64,000 nucleotides of DNA from Paramoeba atlantica (Eukaryota > Protista > Discosea), in assembly GCA_977017575.1 (NCBI GenBank), contig CDRNVI010000063.1, forward strand, positions 1 to 64,000, given 5' to 3'. Each line of letters starts with the position of its first letter. The first letter of the stretch is position 1. Both the position numbers and the translations under genes were made by a program. Positions 23,086-34,359 of this stretch are shown piece after piece. Below the pieces are notes generated by a model, which saw nothing but the letters and a program-made list of their open reading frames with translations, had not been told where the DNA came from and did no database searches.

Positions 23086-23180
23086 GGCTCTTCGTTAAAC
23101 GCGGTGTTAGTTTTCAACGCGAAGCGCGCAGCATGAGTGACTTCTAAGTTGAAAACAACCACCGCGTTTAACGAAGAGCC
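23086..23180. mobile_element. Hairpin MITE, second copy (inverted relative to 20282-20376)
   Basis: Sequence identity with the first copy apart from 2 substitutions. Confidence 0.85.
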
Positions 23181-23193
23181 TAAAAAAGAAAAG

Positions 23194-23612
23194 TGCGGTG
23201 GTTGTATAACTACCGCTCTACCCTCGATATATCCCCCCCCCAACTAAGGGCGTTGGGGGGGAGCTTATATCCCCCCCCCAACGCCCAACTAACGTACCCC
23301 GCGGCGGTACCATTCCTGTACCGCCGCCTGAACGATCTGGGAGTTGCCCTTCTGAATGGCCACCCCAGTAGCCATCAGAAGGTGCGACAGACATCCGTTT
23401 CTGTCGGACGCGTAGGCCCTGGCCACCTTGTTAAGAAAGCTCAAGGTGTCTGGGACAGGTACCCCGTAGGCGGTGAAGGCCAGGGGGTAAAAGTCCATCT
23501 CCCCGACGGCCGCCATCTCTTCATGAGAGCGCCGTTTATGGGCCTCCGCCACCCTTAGCGTGTGGGATGGCGCCGCTGCCTCTTTCCGGCTATACGAGAT
23601 GATCTCGTTCAT
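23194..23612 (-). mobile_element. 3' fragment of a CRE/SLACS-clade non-LTR retrotransposon (REL endonuclease C-terminus, 3' UTR hairpins)
   Basis: AEAHKRRSHE...DFYPLAFTAYG...LSFLNKVA...GVAIQKGNSQIV is the CRE-type REL tail; a GGGCGTTGGGGGGG/CCCCCCCAACGCCC hairpin and the family A tail follow the stop. Confidence 0.75.
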
Positions 23613-23699
23613 ACATGTATGTCAAGGTCGGCACGAGTAATACTCACTAAATGAGGAGACTCTTTGATTGGGCGGGGCCCGCGTGTGCCACGTACTCGA

Positions 23700-23900
23700 C
23701 CGGATAGTTCCGCATCGACACACACTGTTCACTGACGCAACCTCAAAAGGATTGGGGGGCGTGTTGTACATTGATTATGGTAGAATAGCAATTGCTGGAG
23801 ATACATGGGACGAAGAATTTGCGTATGGGGTGAATCAAGCCGAGACCAGAGCGGTTAGACTCGCATTCGAGCACTTTGAAAGGAATTTTAATCCGGATAC
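23700..23900 (+). mobile_element. DIRS-type (VIPER/TATE-like) RNase H fragment
   Basis: TLFTDATSKGLGGVL...GDTW...VNQAETRAVRLAF matches the YR-retroelement RNase H pattern LFTDAS.xGWG...W...IN.xE.xAV.xAL. Confidence 0.65.
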
Positions 23901-24053
23901 ATGTGAGGGGCTGCGGGTGAGGACCAAGACGAGATCACGGGAGATCACATGAGAACACGTGAGATCATGCGAGATCATACCCACAGTCCCTCATGTGTAA
24001 CTCTATTTGTTGACAACATATCCAGATGGGTACATAGTGAAAATAAAGTTCAA

Positions 24054-24299
24054 TCATTTCTCTTTCGGAATTATTTTCGTACCATCTACGCTAAGGGCTT
24101 GCAGTTTATCAGGTAAAGTGAAATCGTTGACATTACCGTAAAGCTCCGAGTTATTGTCAAGGCAAAACCATGACAATCGTGGTGGAAGGTTATCAAATCG
24201 CACCAATCCGGAAAACTGATTATTAGAACAGTCGAGAGCATCAAGTTCGAAAGGTAAGTGTTGTAAATTAAGTGGTCCTGTAAACTTGTTGTATGATAG
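24054..24299 (-). pseudogene. 3' half of an LRR gene split by retrotransposon 24300-26138 (not in the ORF track)
   Basis: Hand translation: LSYNKFTGPLNLQHLPFELDALDCSNNQFSG...DNNSELYG...DGTKIIPKEK*; joins in frame to ...LPRSMINID at 26139. Confidence 0.9.
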
Positions 24300-26138
24300 T
24301 TTAATTTATCATACCTTTATAAGGCAGAGAATATGCGGATAGGCCTGGGGGGCGCATATGACGCTGCCCAGACCTATCTTTTACAGACGTTATACCCGTC
24401 CTTCTGTCCAAACGGCAGACTCGCGGTTCTGCCAGATAATGAAACTGCCTCGAAGGGCGGTCTGCATTAGACTTTCTCGACATTTTTCCGCAAGCTTTGT
24501 GTCCTCGTCAAAGAGGAGATTGAGGTTTCGACAAGATGTGAGTAACGAGCCGCGGGCTCCCACTTCGAATACAACAAGGGTCGTCCTAGGGTGATTAATG
24601 CGTCGTTCATGGAAGAGAGCATTATATTTACGGGATTTGCCCTCGTGCGCCTGAGACTGGTTCTCTTCCCAGGGCACAGTGAGCTCAATGATGAACTCAC
24701 TTCCATCCTTAAGTGTAATCAAACCGTCGGGGCGAAGAAGGTCCTCACGGGTGCCGAGCCATGCCGGGGCATTCCTAAATCCGGGGATATCTAGGTGTAC
24801 GCTCTTGGTATACGGCGAACGCAGCAAGTGTTTTCCGAGCTCTTCAAGTAACATGTCATGACGGAGGGTATATCTCCCTTGCTGAAGGGACTCTTTGCAC
24901 CCCGAGAGCACGTGCCTTGTTGTTTGAGGTTCGAGTTTACATATGGGACATGTTACACTCGCACGCCGGAGACCCCAAAGCCGAAGATTGGTTCTGGATG
25001 GTAGGGGTGAAAGCGTTAGTACTGAAGCTGCGAAGCGAGAAAGTTTTTCACTGTTGAGGTTGTTCAGGGCCGCTGAGAACTCTTTCGCGAGATCAGCCTC
25101 GGAGGGGAGGCTCCACTATTTTGCTGCTGTCGGTGCCCGTCTCTGAAGCTGATTTATGACGTAAGATTCATGGTGATCACGGGCTATCTGTTGCGCCTTC
25201 CGCGCGTCATGAAGGTGTTGAATGGCGTCAGCGCTTGGACGAATATAACCAGAGGATCGTTTTTCTTCTTCTTGCTTGATTCGGGCTCGTAGTGCCGCCT
25301 GTATCGATGGGTCCCGCCACTTGTGCATCTGTGTTAAGGCTAGGATAGAGCATTCGGACCACAGCTTGGATAAACTTTTAAGGTTCCACCCTCGTTCAGT
25401 ATAAAGAATTTCGGTGCAAGTCGTGGATGCTGCATTGATCCATTTCTTAAGGTGACGTGTAATTCTTTTCTGCAATCGCAATACAAAGTTGAAAGTGACA
25501 CACGGGTGAACGGTGAGGGCGTAGCGCAGACGGGATACGATCGCTCTGTTGTAGATCCAAAGTTTTTCGGGGAGACTGTGTGCACTCTCGTCGACATTCC
25601 GAAGCCATGTTCTTAGTCTGACATCCAGCTTTTTGAAAAGTTCTTTCGCTTGCTGTGCTCCTGGTGCTATGGTCATTCCAAGAAAAGTGCTTCCACGGTC
25701 AAATATATGTGGTATCGCTTTGCCTTCGATACTGAGTCTCGGCTTCCTGGTCATGTACCCCGGGTGCTCACTGCCTTCACGCATGGACATGCACTGTGTA
25801 CGGCTCTTGTCTACGTTGATTGAGAGTCCTATTCGTCTCAGTGCAGTTTCGAGTGTGTTGGTCGCGTGCTGCATGTCGGTATCGCTGCTAGTCAGTATCG
25901 TCAGGTCGTCAACGTAGGCTTTCAGGAAATGCCTTGGAGTATCTGGGTAGTCAAGGCCATACCGGGGGCACGATTGCTTGAGGTATCGTAGTACAGTTTC
26001 CATCACTAAGTTGAAAATTATGGGCGACAGGGTATCACCTTGTAGTACGCCTCTGTGTATCGGTATAGCACGTGACAAACCTTCGACACACTTAATACGC
26101 ATTTCCGCATGTGAATACATGCTTCTATGTATGTTCTC
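24300..26138 (-). mobile_element. 5'-truncated HERO-like (R2-group) RT-REL retrotransposon, one nonsense codon (TAG at 25116-25118 where the homologue has Trp)
   Basis: QGDTLSP, AYVDD, CPIC..H....C knuckle, GRYTLRHD, RPD..IELTVPWEEN; ORFs 25116-26537 and 24390-24911 are in the same frame; short AAA tail. Confidence 0.92.
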
Positions 26139-26737
26139 ATCTATGTTAATCATAGATCGCGGTAGACTGGTGAGGTCGATTTCACCGGATAAATTGGTGT
26201 CCGACATTAATAAGAGGAAAATATGATTCCCCAGGCAGGTTAAATCTATATTCCCCTGAAAAAAGTTGTTACACAGGATAAGTTCCTCCATGTTTTGTGG
26301 TAAATGGTGGAATTCCAAAGAGCCTGAAAATTGGTTACAGTTTATGGCAAACTCATCAAGTTCAGCCGGCAACATATCGAACAGTACTTTTCCCGTAAGA
26401 TCGTTGCAAGATGCTTTAAATTTGTGTAACGTGCGTAATGTGTAACGCCATTGCAGTGATCCTTTCAGTCGATTACTCCCAAATATGCCGAATGTTTCCC
26501 AAATAATGTTCGTTACTTGTTGTCCATCACAATCCACACCTTTCCACTCACATGCTGGCGTTGATGTATTCCACGATGGGTCTGGGTTCTCAATATCAGC
26601 GGCAAATCGTGCGAGCTCATATTCTTGTGGTTATTCGTTCCTCGCACCCTACTGGGAAGTCTACGTGTTGCATCGACATTTGACACATCAGCTGTGCAAC
26701 ACAGATAATACACTAAGGATATCATATTCGTACTCAT
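26139..26737 (-). pseudogene. 5' half of the split LRR gene (1-nt frameshift at ~26631)
   Basis: SRVRGTN-/-PQEYELARFAADIENPDPSW...PACEWKGVDC cap, then LRRs ending LTSLPRSMINID. Confidence 0.9.
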
Positions 26738-26914
26738 CGGTGTTACTGAGAACCGTTTACACAGAAAGTAAAAAAAATGTGCAACAATTCAATTTGGTAA
26801 AACATGGTAAAACCACGTCGAAAAATTGACCAAAACAATTTCCCCAAAAAGAAGAGGTCCGACGCCTACGAAGAGTTTCTGTGTACACGTTTTAGCCCCT
26901 TCTACAACCCGATT

Positions 26915-29734
26915 TCATTCCTTACCCCCTCCCCCCCTTTCCCCTCCCCTCTCCTCCCCCTCCCTCCCCCCCACCATCTCCCACACCACCAGCACCGCCA
27001 ACGCGATCCCCGGCCCGACCACCACCCCTTTCAACCCAAACGTCGTCACCCCTAGTACCATCGCGAGACCCACCAACGGGGAGGACAACCCTGGCACCCG
27101 CAACAGGGTGTCCTCCCCCCCCCGCGCCCCCACCCCCACCACCCACACCAGCGCGACCATCCCGGCCACGCTCACGGGGGTAGTACCACTACTACCCCTA
27201 CGACTACCACTACTACTGTTGTAGTCGTAGGGGTAGGGGTAGTGGTAGTAGTGGTAGTAGGCCCGGAGCGCTGCGGGGAGCACCGCGACGGAGTACTTGG
27301 GGATGTAGGGGAAGAGCCCTGTGGCGGCTCCGAGGGTTGCGGCGAGGGCGGGGTAGGGGAAGGCGAGGAGGGCGAGGGTGAGGTAGGTGACGGCGCCGTG
27401 GAAGAGGGTGAGGTGGAGGAGGGAGAGGGTGAGGGACTGGAGGCGGGAGGTGAGGGCGGCGTCGAAGGTGGTGGCGAAGGTGGTGGAGGGGGAGGGAGGG
27501 GGGTGGGGACGGGGACGGGGGGGTGGGGGGGGTTTGTTGTTGGGGCTGGGGGTTGGATGGGTAGTCGGGTTGGGGGTTGGATGGGTATTCGGGTTGTTAC
27601 TTGGATGGGTATTCGGGTTGTTGTTTAGGTTGTTATTGGTGTTGTGATTGGAGCTGTTCTTGAGGGTGGATGGGGAGGAGAAACTGGATTGTGGGTTTTG
27701 GGGGGTCGTACGGTTTTTGGGGGGAGGGAGGGTTGGAGCTGGAGGAGGTCGTAGTAGGCTTTGGGTTTTGGGGGGAGTGGTTTTGGAGGGTAGTGGAGTG
27801 GGGGGTTGTGGATGGAGGGGAATACTGGAGGCTCGGATTCCGTGCCGTGGGAGGTATCCGGGGGCGGTGCCACCTCGGCCCAGTGAAATGGGGACGGTGT
27901 GTTTCGTTTTTGCGCCCGCGGGTTTCTTGGTATGCTCCGTTGAAAAACTCGGGCGACGTGGTGAGGGGGAGCGTGAGATAGCGATGTCGGGGTGTGCCTC
28001 CGTTTGTTCTTTACACGGATAGCTCTCCGGAACCACCCCACCCCGTCGGTACCCCTCACCCGATGCAGCCACCGACCGACTGCCTCCTCCTCCCCCCTGT
28101 AGCATACGATGTCCCTTTAGTACGAGGTAGTACACTAGAGTGTGGGGCTGACGGTGTAAAAAAGTCCATAGCAAAAAGAACAACACCACCTCGTAGGCCA
28201 TCGAGAATGATCCGAGGATCAGACCCGCACACAGTGCCGCACTGGAGGCCAGCCCCGTAAAAAGAGAAGCCCCCCCGGACTGGGCCACACTCAGCATGGA
28301 GTCCACCGGGAGGCGCGCCGGTAGGGCATGTGTGAGGTTGTGGTAGAGTTGGGAGAGCGCCGCGAGACGCTCCTGGCTGATCCACGACCCCGAAGAAGAG
28401 AATTGTGGGGATGAAAAGCCGAAGTTCCCGTCCCAGTAGGGCGCCAGGTGCGACACAAGGGTGTGGTACACTGTCGTGAGGTAGGAGTGGGTCGCTGTGG
28501 TGTTGTACGCGGATGCAACTGGGAGCACAGCAGTTTCGTTTCCTTGCTGCAGCAGAGACGGAAGGGCTGAGAGTGTAGCACTCAGGTTGCTGTGAGACGA
28601 AGCCGGCTGGGTGCCATTGTGCCAAAACGTTTGAAGCGCCTCCTCCAATTGACGTGCGTGGCGTACCAGGTCGTATTGCTGAATCCACTTCTCGAGCTGG
28701 TCCTTGGCGTGTGGAAGGAGTGCAGAGCCGTAAAAGCTGACGTGGGGTTCGACCAATTGGTTCAGCGTGGAGGCATGGGCACGAAAGCTCTCAAGCAGAC
28801 TTAAAATTTCGCGCGTCGCACCGTCGAGAACGCACACGCAAGTCGCGCCCAGCAGAATGATACAAAGCAACGCTCGTAGACGCCGCGCAAGAGACGACAG
28901 CGTCAATGCAAAGTCGCGATATTGCTCCGGACTTGCGGTGAGAACAGTAGGTCCGAACGTTTTCTTGCGTTGAACGTAGAAGAGAAATTGCGGCAGAAAG
29001 GATCTCAGGCGCACCAAAGGGGAACGATGTGAAGAAGGGATGTAGCACCAAATCCACAATGGGCCCGACAATGACAAAAGAAAGAGTAAAGCCAAAAAAG
29101 AACGACCGAAAATGGAGCCTAGGACAACGCAGTATGAGAGTACCCCGAGAGTATCCAGCGTGTGCCGACCAATCAGGTGTTCCAGTGCTCCAGTAATTGT
29201 GGAACCCAGAAAAGCATGAAGCAAAGCACGGATTCCAAGCACCTTTGCACTTCCAGACAGCACTAATTCTAACGTTATCCTCCAGCTCCGTATAACTGTG
29301 GTGAAGGGAAAGACAGAGGAGTTGTCCAGAACACGCCGTGCTTGAAGTTGCGAATGTAGACTGCGCACTTCCCCTTGCTTGTGGGAGGGGTGAAAAACGA
29401 CGCTTAAGGCGACGGCCCACAAGATAGTGTCCCAATAGGGACCCAACAAGGTCCAGAGAAAAACCAAGGCGAGAAGAATAGTAGAGGTGAGAAGAAGGGC
29501 CAAAACTACAGTCCACAAGAGTGTGGTGGGATTCAGTGCATGAGAAGTCGGACGAGAACCGTTTGTTTGAAATGAAGAAGGTATAGCGTAGGTCAAAGGA
29601 GAGGACCAATCGGGAGGAGGAAAAGGTGCTGACAGAATGGATGGGGTGGCGCTGGTACGATAATGGGGAGAATGTGTGCGTGAGGGCCTTAAAGGCGGAT
29701 CGAAATCATAGAGAGAATCAGAAGGATCTTCCAT
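26915..29734 (-). CDS. TMEM245-like / AI-2E (PerM) family multi-pass membrane protein with a long Pro/Asn/Thr low-complexity insert
   Basis: YWDTILWAVALSVVFHP near the N-terminus, C-terminal GVTTFGLKGVVVGP, and multiple hydrophobic segments. Confidence 0.7.
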   Translation of the reverse strand: MEDPSDSLYDFDPPLRPSRTHSPHYRTSATPSILSAPFPPPDWSSPLTYAIPSSFQTNGSRPTSHALNPTTLLWTVVLALLLTSTILLALVFLWTLLGPYWDTILWAVALSVVFHPSHKQGEVRSLHSQLQARRVLDNSSVFPFTTVIRSWRITLELVLSGSAKVLGIRALLHAFLGSTITGALEHLIGRHTLDTLGVLSYCVVLGSIFGRSFLALLFLLSLSGPLWIWCYIPSSHRSPLVRLRSFLPQFLFYVQRKKTFGPTVLTASPEQYRDFALTLSSLARRLRALLCIILLGATCVCVLDGATREILSLLESFRAHASTLNQLVEPHVSFYGSALLPHAKDQLEKWIQQYDLVRHARQLEEALQTFWHNGTQPASSHSNLSATLSALPSLLQQGNETAVLPVASAYNTTATHSYLTTVYHTLVSHLAPYWDGNFGFSSPQFSSSGSWISQERLAALSQLYHNLTHALPARLPVDSMLSVAQSGGASLFTGLASSAALCAGLILGSFSMAYEVVLFFLLWTFLHRQPHTLVYYLVLKGHRMLQGGGGGSRSVAASGEGYRRGGVVPESYPCKEQTEAHPDIAISRSPSPRRPSFSTEHTKKPAGAKTKHTVPISLGRGGTAPGYLPRHGIRASSIPLHPQPPTPLPSKTTPPKTQSLLRPPPAPTLPPPKNRTTPQNPQSSFSSPSTLKNSSNHNTNNNLNNNPNTHPSNNPNTHPTPNPTTHPTPSPNNKPPPPPRPRPHPPPSPSTTFATTFDAALTSRLQSLTLSLLHLTLFHGAVTYLTLALLAFPYPALAATLGAATGLFPYIPKYSVAVLPAALRAYYHYYHYPYPYDYNSSSGSRRGSSGTTPVSVAGMVALVWVVGVGARGGEDTLLRVPGLSSPLVGLAMVLGVTTFGLKGVVVGPGIALAVLVVWEMVGGREGEERGGERGGGGKE

Positions 29735-30432
29735 GCCAGATTTTAAAGTAGAAGTACAGAAAAGAAATAAAAAAAGTACACTTTTGTAGATAATGCGGAA
29801 ATAGAGACTTTCTAATTATCAGCCCTACAAGCCCCCGAAGCATCGTGCCCCCTGTACTACTCTCCTTTTCATAAGGAACCCTTAAAGAACCGTCGACACA
29901 TTAATTCAGGGGAAAAACATCAGGGGTGAGGTTGGGGTCTGCCGGAGTACGCTTAAAAGGAGGGGGTGCGGTACTGTCCCCGCAAACACACGTATCGCGG
30001 GAAAGATAAAATAAGGGAAGGTAAACTAAGGGAAAAATCGTAGTTGATCGTTTATTTCAGTAATCGAGGGTAGAGCGGCAGTTGTGCGACCATCGAAACA
30101 AATCACTGAACTCCATCTTTAAAAAACGATACACTTTCATCAAAACAGTACAAACCCTCATCAAAATGTTGCAAGCTAAAGTACGCATAAAATTTTAGCA
30201 CAGTCCACGTTTTCCAATTTTTTCTAATTTGCTTCAAAAAGAAATATCGGAAAAAATCTTTACATTTCTGTTACAGAAAACATTGATACATGTACAGAAT
30301 TTCTGTACATGAAGCCGAAAGTTACATTGAAAACATTCTTTAAACATTTTAACGATAGTTAAAAGATTGTTAAAATCGTAAGGGAAATAAAACTTTGTAC
30401 ATCTAGATTGTCTTTTATTTCTCTTCTGACAA

Positions 30433-31017
30433 TTACTTCACTACTATTTTTGTGTCAAACCAGTCTCGAAGACGTAAAGTATTAGGCAATTTTTGCATAT
30501 CGATGACGCCACCCAAATCCCTGTTTCTCGATAAAAACATGCTCCGCAGATTGTCGGGAATATAATCGAAGCACAGGTCTCCTGAAAAATTGTTGTCTGG
30601 AACCCAAAATTCGCGCAGTGTATGCGGAAGACTTCGAAGTTCAATAGAGCCTTCAAAAGCATTGTTTGTCAAACGAAGGACTTCTAATTGGGGAGGAATA
30701 TAGCTCCAATTTACGCTACCCGACAACATGTTTCGGCAAAGCGAAAGATAAGTCAGGGTTTGGGGGATGTATTCCCATTGAAGAGTACCCGAAAGATGCA
30801 TATTTTCCCATGAAATACCGCGAATCGTGCCTTGCGCATCGCATTCCACACCTACCCACATATTAGCCGAGTTTTCTGCTTTCCAGGAGCTGTGATGATA
30901 TTTTACGCAAGCGATAAATCGAATAAGTTCATATTCTTGTGGCATTGAAGTACCTCTAACTTTTTTTGCTTGGGAGGCCTTCATCGCGTCGCGGTACTGT
31001 AAAGGTATGAGAAACAT
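30433..31017 (-). CDS. Leucine-rich repeat protein
   Basis: KKVRGTSMPQEYEL...WVGVEC cap and about 4 LRRs. Confidence 0.9.
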   Translation of the reverse strand: MFLIPLQYRDAMKASQAKKVRGTSMPQEYELIRFIACVKYHHSSWKAENSANMWVGVECDAQGTIRGISWENMHLSGTLQWEYIPQTLTYLSLCRNMLSGSVNWSYIPPQLEVLRLTNNAFEGSIELRSLPHTLREFWVPDNNFSGDLCFDYIPDNLRSMFLSRNRDLGGVIDMQKLPNTLRLRDWFDTKIVVK

Positions 31018-31276
31018 GATCGAGATTAAATAAGAAAACTGTGAACTCCGATGTGTAATTTAAATATTAGAGTTCAAATACTTCGTTTACCCCTTTAATC
31101 CCCCCCTTTTCGTAACCTCTCATACGCCAGCTTGTTTGTTTCTTAAAAAGTCCTGAATGATATACTACGACCCTTTGTTGATAAGATGTTGCTAAAAGTG
31201 TAACCTAGGACGCTTGTCCGAAGTCAAGACCAAAAGTTTCGCACGTATTCTGGAAAAACGAAAATTGCGAAAATAA

Positions 31277-31951
31277 TTATTGAAAAAGAAATGAAAGAGT
31301 GAGTAGTCCAATTATCGTAGCGAATCCAAGATAATGTCGCGGTTCACTAGCTTCTTCCATATGATCATGCACGACAGAAGGCCAAGCAGACTCCGACGCA
31401 TCTTCAGGAAATATGAAAACTTTATTTCCTCGCAAATCAACCCGGATAAAGGAGGAAAGAAAAGAAACATCAACAACACCAACGAAATAGTTCTGGTTTA
31501 GGAGAAGTCTCGACAAATTTACTGGCAAGGTAGTCAGATCAAGTGTTCCTTTAAGAAAATTGTCCGAGACCGAAAGGTAGTTGAGGTTGGAGGGTAGCGA
31601 AGTAAGATCAAGTTCGGATGTAAACTCATTGTGTCGAAGTTCTATTTCCAGGATTTGGTTCCCCACCTCTATTAAAGACACCTCTCCTTGAAGCTTGTTG
31701 TTAGAAACATCTATGCGGTACACCTCAACAGGGAGAAAACGCCACGTGAGATTACCTCTCAAGTGCATCATCCCCCAGTCGAGTCGAACGAGCGGTACAT
31801 CCCAAGGTGCAGGCCGCACTTTATCCCACTTTGACAATGGAGTCAATGCATTCCAGGATTGTTCGGTGTGGTGTACATTTTGCAAGAAGGAAACCAAACG
31901 AACTTCTGGAGGATGAAAACAGGATCGCGCCTTAGCAAGTCGAGACATCAA
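31277..31951 (-). CDS. Leucine-rich repeat protein with a hydrophobic C-terminal tail (possible anchor)
   Basis: Cap variant, about 4 LRRs, ends YLGFATIIGLLTLSFLFQ. Confidence 0.85.
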   Translation of the reverse strand: MMSRLAKARSCFHPPEVRLVSFLQNVHHTEQSWNALTPLSKWDKVRPAPWDVPLVRLDWGMMHLRGNLTWRFLPVEVYRIDVSNNKLQGEVSLIEVGNQILEIELRHNEFTSELDLTSLPSNLNYLSVSDNFLKGTLDLTTLPVNLSRLLLNQNYFVGVVDVSFLSSFIRVDLRGNKVFIFPEDASESAWPSVVHDHMEEASEPRHYLGFATIIGLLTLSFLFQ

Positions 31952-32429
31952 AAATGAGATAAAATCAAATAATAAAAACTCCTGACTCGGAAATAATCAT
32001 AATGAAATACTGTACCCCCCTGATCACCTGTCACTACGTGAGGGGTGGAAAATTCAAATGGCCTTATTCGCCAATATCACAAGACGAGTGAGTCGTTTGA
32101 GATGCTGAGCCTCAAAGAGGTGAACAAGACATCCAGGAAGTTGAGCAAACGTCCTAGAAAGGTTTTGCGGTGCGAATATCCTAAGAATTTTGATAGCCTA
32201 CTCACCAAGGCTTGACGTCTGAAGTTTTGTATTGCAAAAAGGGGAGTTGTTGTAAGTAAGAGGGGTGACTCCGGGTGGATGTACCTAGGATATCTTTCGT
32301 CAAAATTTTCCTCCTTAGTTCCTTAATATTTTTTGCTTCAATGGGAAGATACAGAAATCATGTTACTGGAATTCTTATTCTGCTGGACTTAAACGAGGGT
32401 TTCGGCATGTAATACAAGTTAATAATACA

Positions 32430-32879
32430 TTGTGCTGCCCCAAATGTCAAGTTTGGGGGGCTATAGGTGTAGGTTGGAGACACCTAGTTGTTCTCGATAA
32501 GGACTCGTCCATCACGAGCATATCTTATGTAAAGACGTTGAAGAAAGCACAATTTCCACAGAATTGTATCTTTCAACAAGATGGGGCTACAGCACACACT
32601 GCCCGTGCCTCTATGGAGTACATTACGGATGGAATGAACGATGTACTTAAAAATTGCCCCCCCAATTCGCCTGACCTTTCCCCCATAGAAAACGTTTGGT
32701 CGATGGTCCAGGATGCGGTGGACGAAAAGACTCCATCGGATAAACTTTCACTTATCCGATGTATACGCAAAGCGTGGTCTCGTTTGCCACAAAAGGTGAT
32801 CGATAAAACTGTTTTGAGTTTTGATGCTCGCCTTAAGAAGTGTATAGAACTCAAAGGCGAAAAAGTGACAAAATGGTAA
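32430..32879 (+). mobile_element. Tc1/mariner transposase C-terminal part (family 1, DD34E-like)
   Basis: VWGAIG, FQQDGATAH, PPNSPDLSPIENVWS; a possible 14-bp inverted pair AGAGGGGTGACTCC flanks it at ~32259 and ~33570. Confidence 0.85.
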
Positions 32880-34010
32880 TTGTAATCTAGAAACGCTAGT
32901 TGCTCTTTGTTTCAGCCCACTCTTAGGTGCGCAAAGTTCCTATGGTGAGATCTGCAAAACGCAACAAAAATGAGCTCAAACGGCCACCTGGTCGAGAAAA
33001 AAGGGGGGGGGGGGTGACTTTTCGTTGGGAGGGGTTTAGAAGCGTTAGTCCTGATTGCGAAGAACCGTGAAAAAGGGCTTTTTCAATGTTTCGAATCGTG
33101 CAGAGCTTCAAGGTGTGAAGGAAAGTGAATTCCCAGAATATTGGCGATGCACCCAACGAAGGATGGACAAGAATCGGAAACTGTTCTAGAAAGAGGAAAA
33201 AAGGTGCGGAAACTTATGAAAAAATGACCAGGAGTGAAATGAAATCCAAAATGAAGCAACAGAGTGAGTCACATAGACAAAAAAACGTACGAAAAAACTA
33301 GTACGAAAAAACGTACTAGTTTACTGCGTACCAGTTTAATCGCCGTAAGGCACGTACATTCAAGGAAAACAAATAGACACAATTAGCTACTCATTATGCA
33401 CCATACAATGTTTATTTTTACACCTAACTTGTTAGTAGTACTCCACTTGTTCGTTACATTTCATTGATGTATGCGTGACGTACATATTCATAGATCGATT
33501 ATGCGTTTTTTCACCAAGTCGGAGCTCCGTAGAAGTTTACTGGGAGCGCCTGGGCAGGAGTCACCCCTCTAAGTAGAGGGGTGTATTTCAGGTAGACCTA
33601 AATAAGCAATACTGTTGTACTCCTCACCAACACTGATTACACTGGGATTTCTTTTTCGAACTTTTTCGATAAAACATGTAGAACTATTTTTTTTTGGGGG
33701 AAACATTGAAAAGTATACCAATCATTTTGTCATCTACTAGGTTTCCTTTGATAAATATTTTTGGTGCACTGGACATGAGAAAATGTTTGACACCGGGAAC
33801 GGGATATAATTTTCGCGTTTTTGGTGCACTGAATAATCCAGGGATCTATTCCACTCAGTTAGAATAGAAGATGGCGGTACCACTGTTTGTTGCGGACTAT
33901 TCCTCTAGTTCACATTCTGATGTTTCTGTGGATAAGCGCGAACATTTCCTGGTACGGGATGCGGTAGAATATCAGAAAAATAATTCTGAGTTAAATCAAG
34001 ACGGTGCTTA

Positions 34011-34274
34011 CTATACTTCGGGTAAAATAGTAACATCGGCCACTCCCGTCAATTCGTTATCGGAGATGTTAAGACTGATTAAAGAGCGGGGAAGACTTTG
34101 TAGTCCCACAGAACCTGAAAAGCAGTTCTCACTTAACATACAGTGCTCCAGCTGCAAAGGAAGCTTGGAAAAGTTCAACTCCCCCGAGAAACGATTCCTC
34201 TGCAGATAGAGGTGGACCAAACCCTGCGGCAGAGAATCCAACGTGATCGTCCCAAAGAAACGGTTCTCGGACAA
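34011..34274 (-). pseudogene. 3' half of an LRR gene split by retrotransposon 34275-38894
   Basis: LSENRFFGTITLDSLPQGL... joins in frame to ...LSPTLSMLI at 38895; a further LRR-like tail continues in a shifted frame below 34011. Confidence 0.9.
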
Positions 34275-34359
34275 TGATGATGATGATATCATATCTTTTA
34301 AGATAGAGTATTTTGAGGATGTAACTAACTTGCGCATATGACGCTGTTAGGTGCATCCC

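Noticed and set aside
594-25118. Stop-codon reassignment (in-frame TAA at 594, TGA at 5809, TAG at 25116)
   Set aside because: These occur only in decayed TE or pseudogene sequence, while two >2400-aa host ORFs contain no in-frame stops; the standard code fits.
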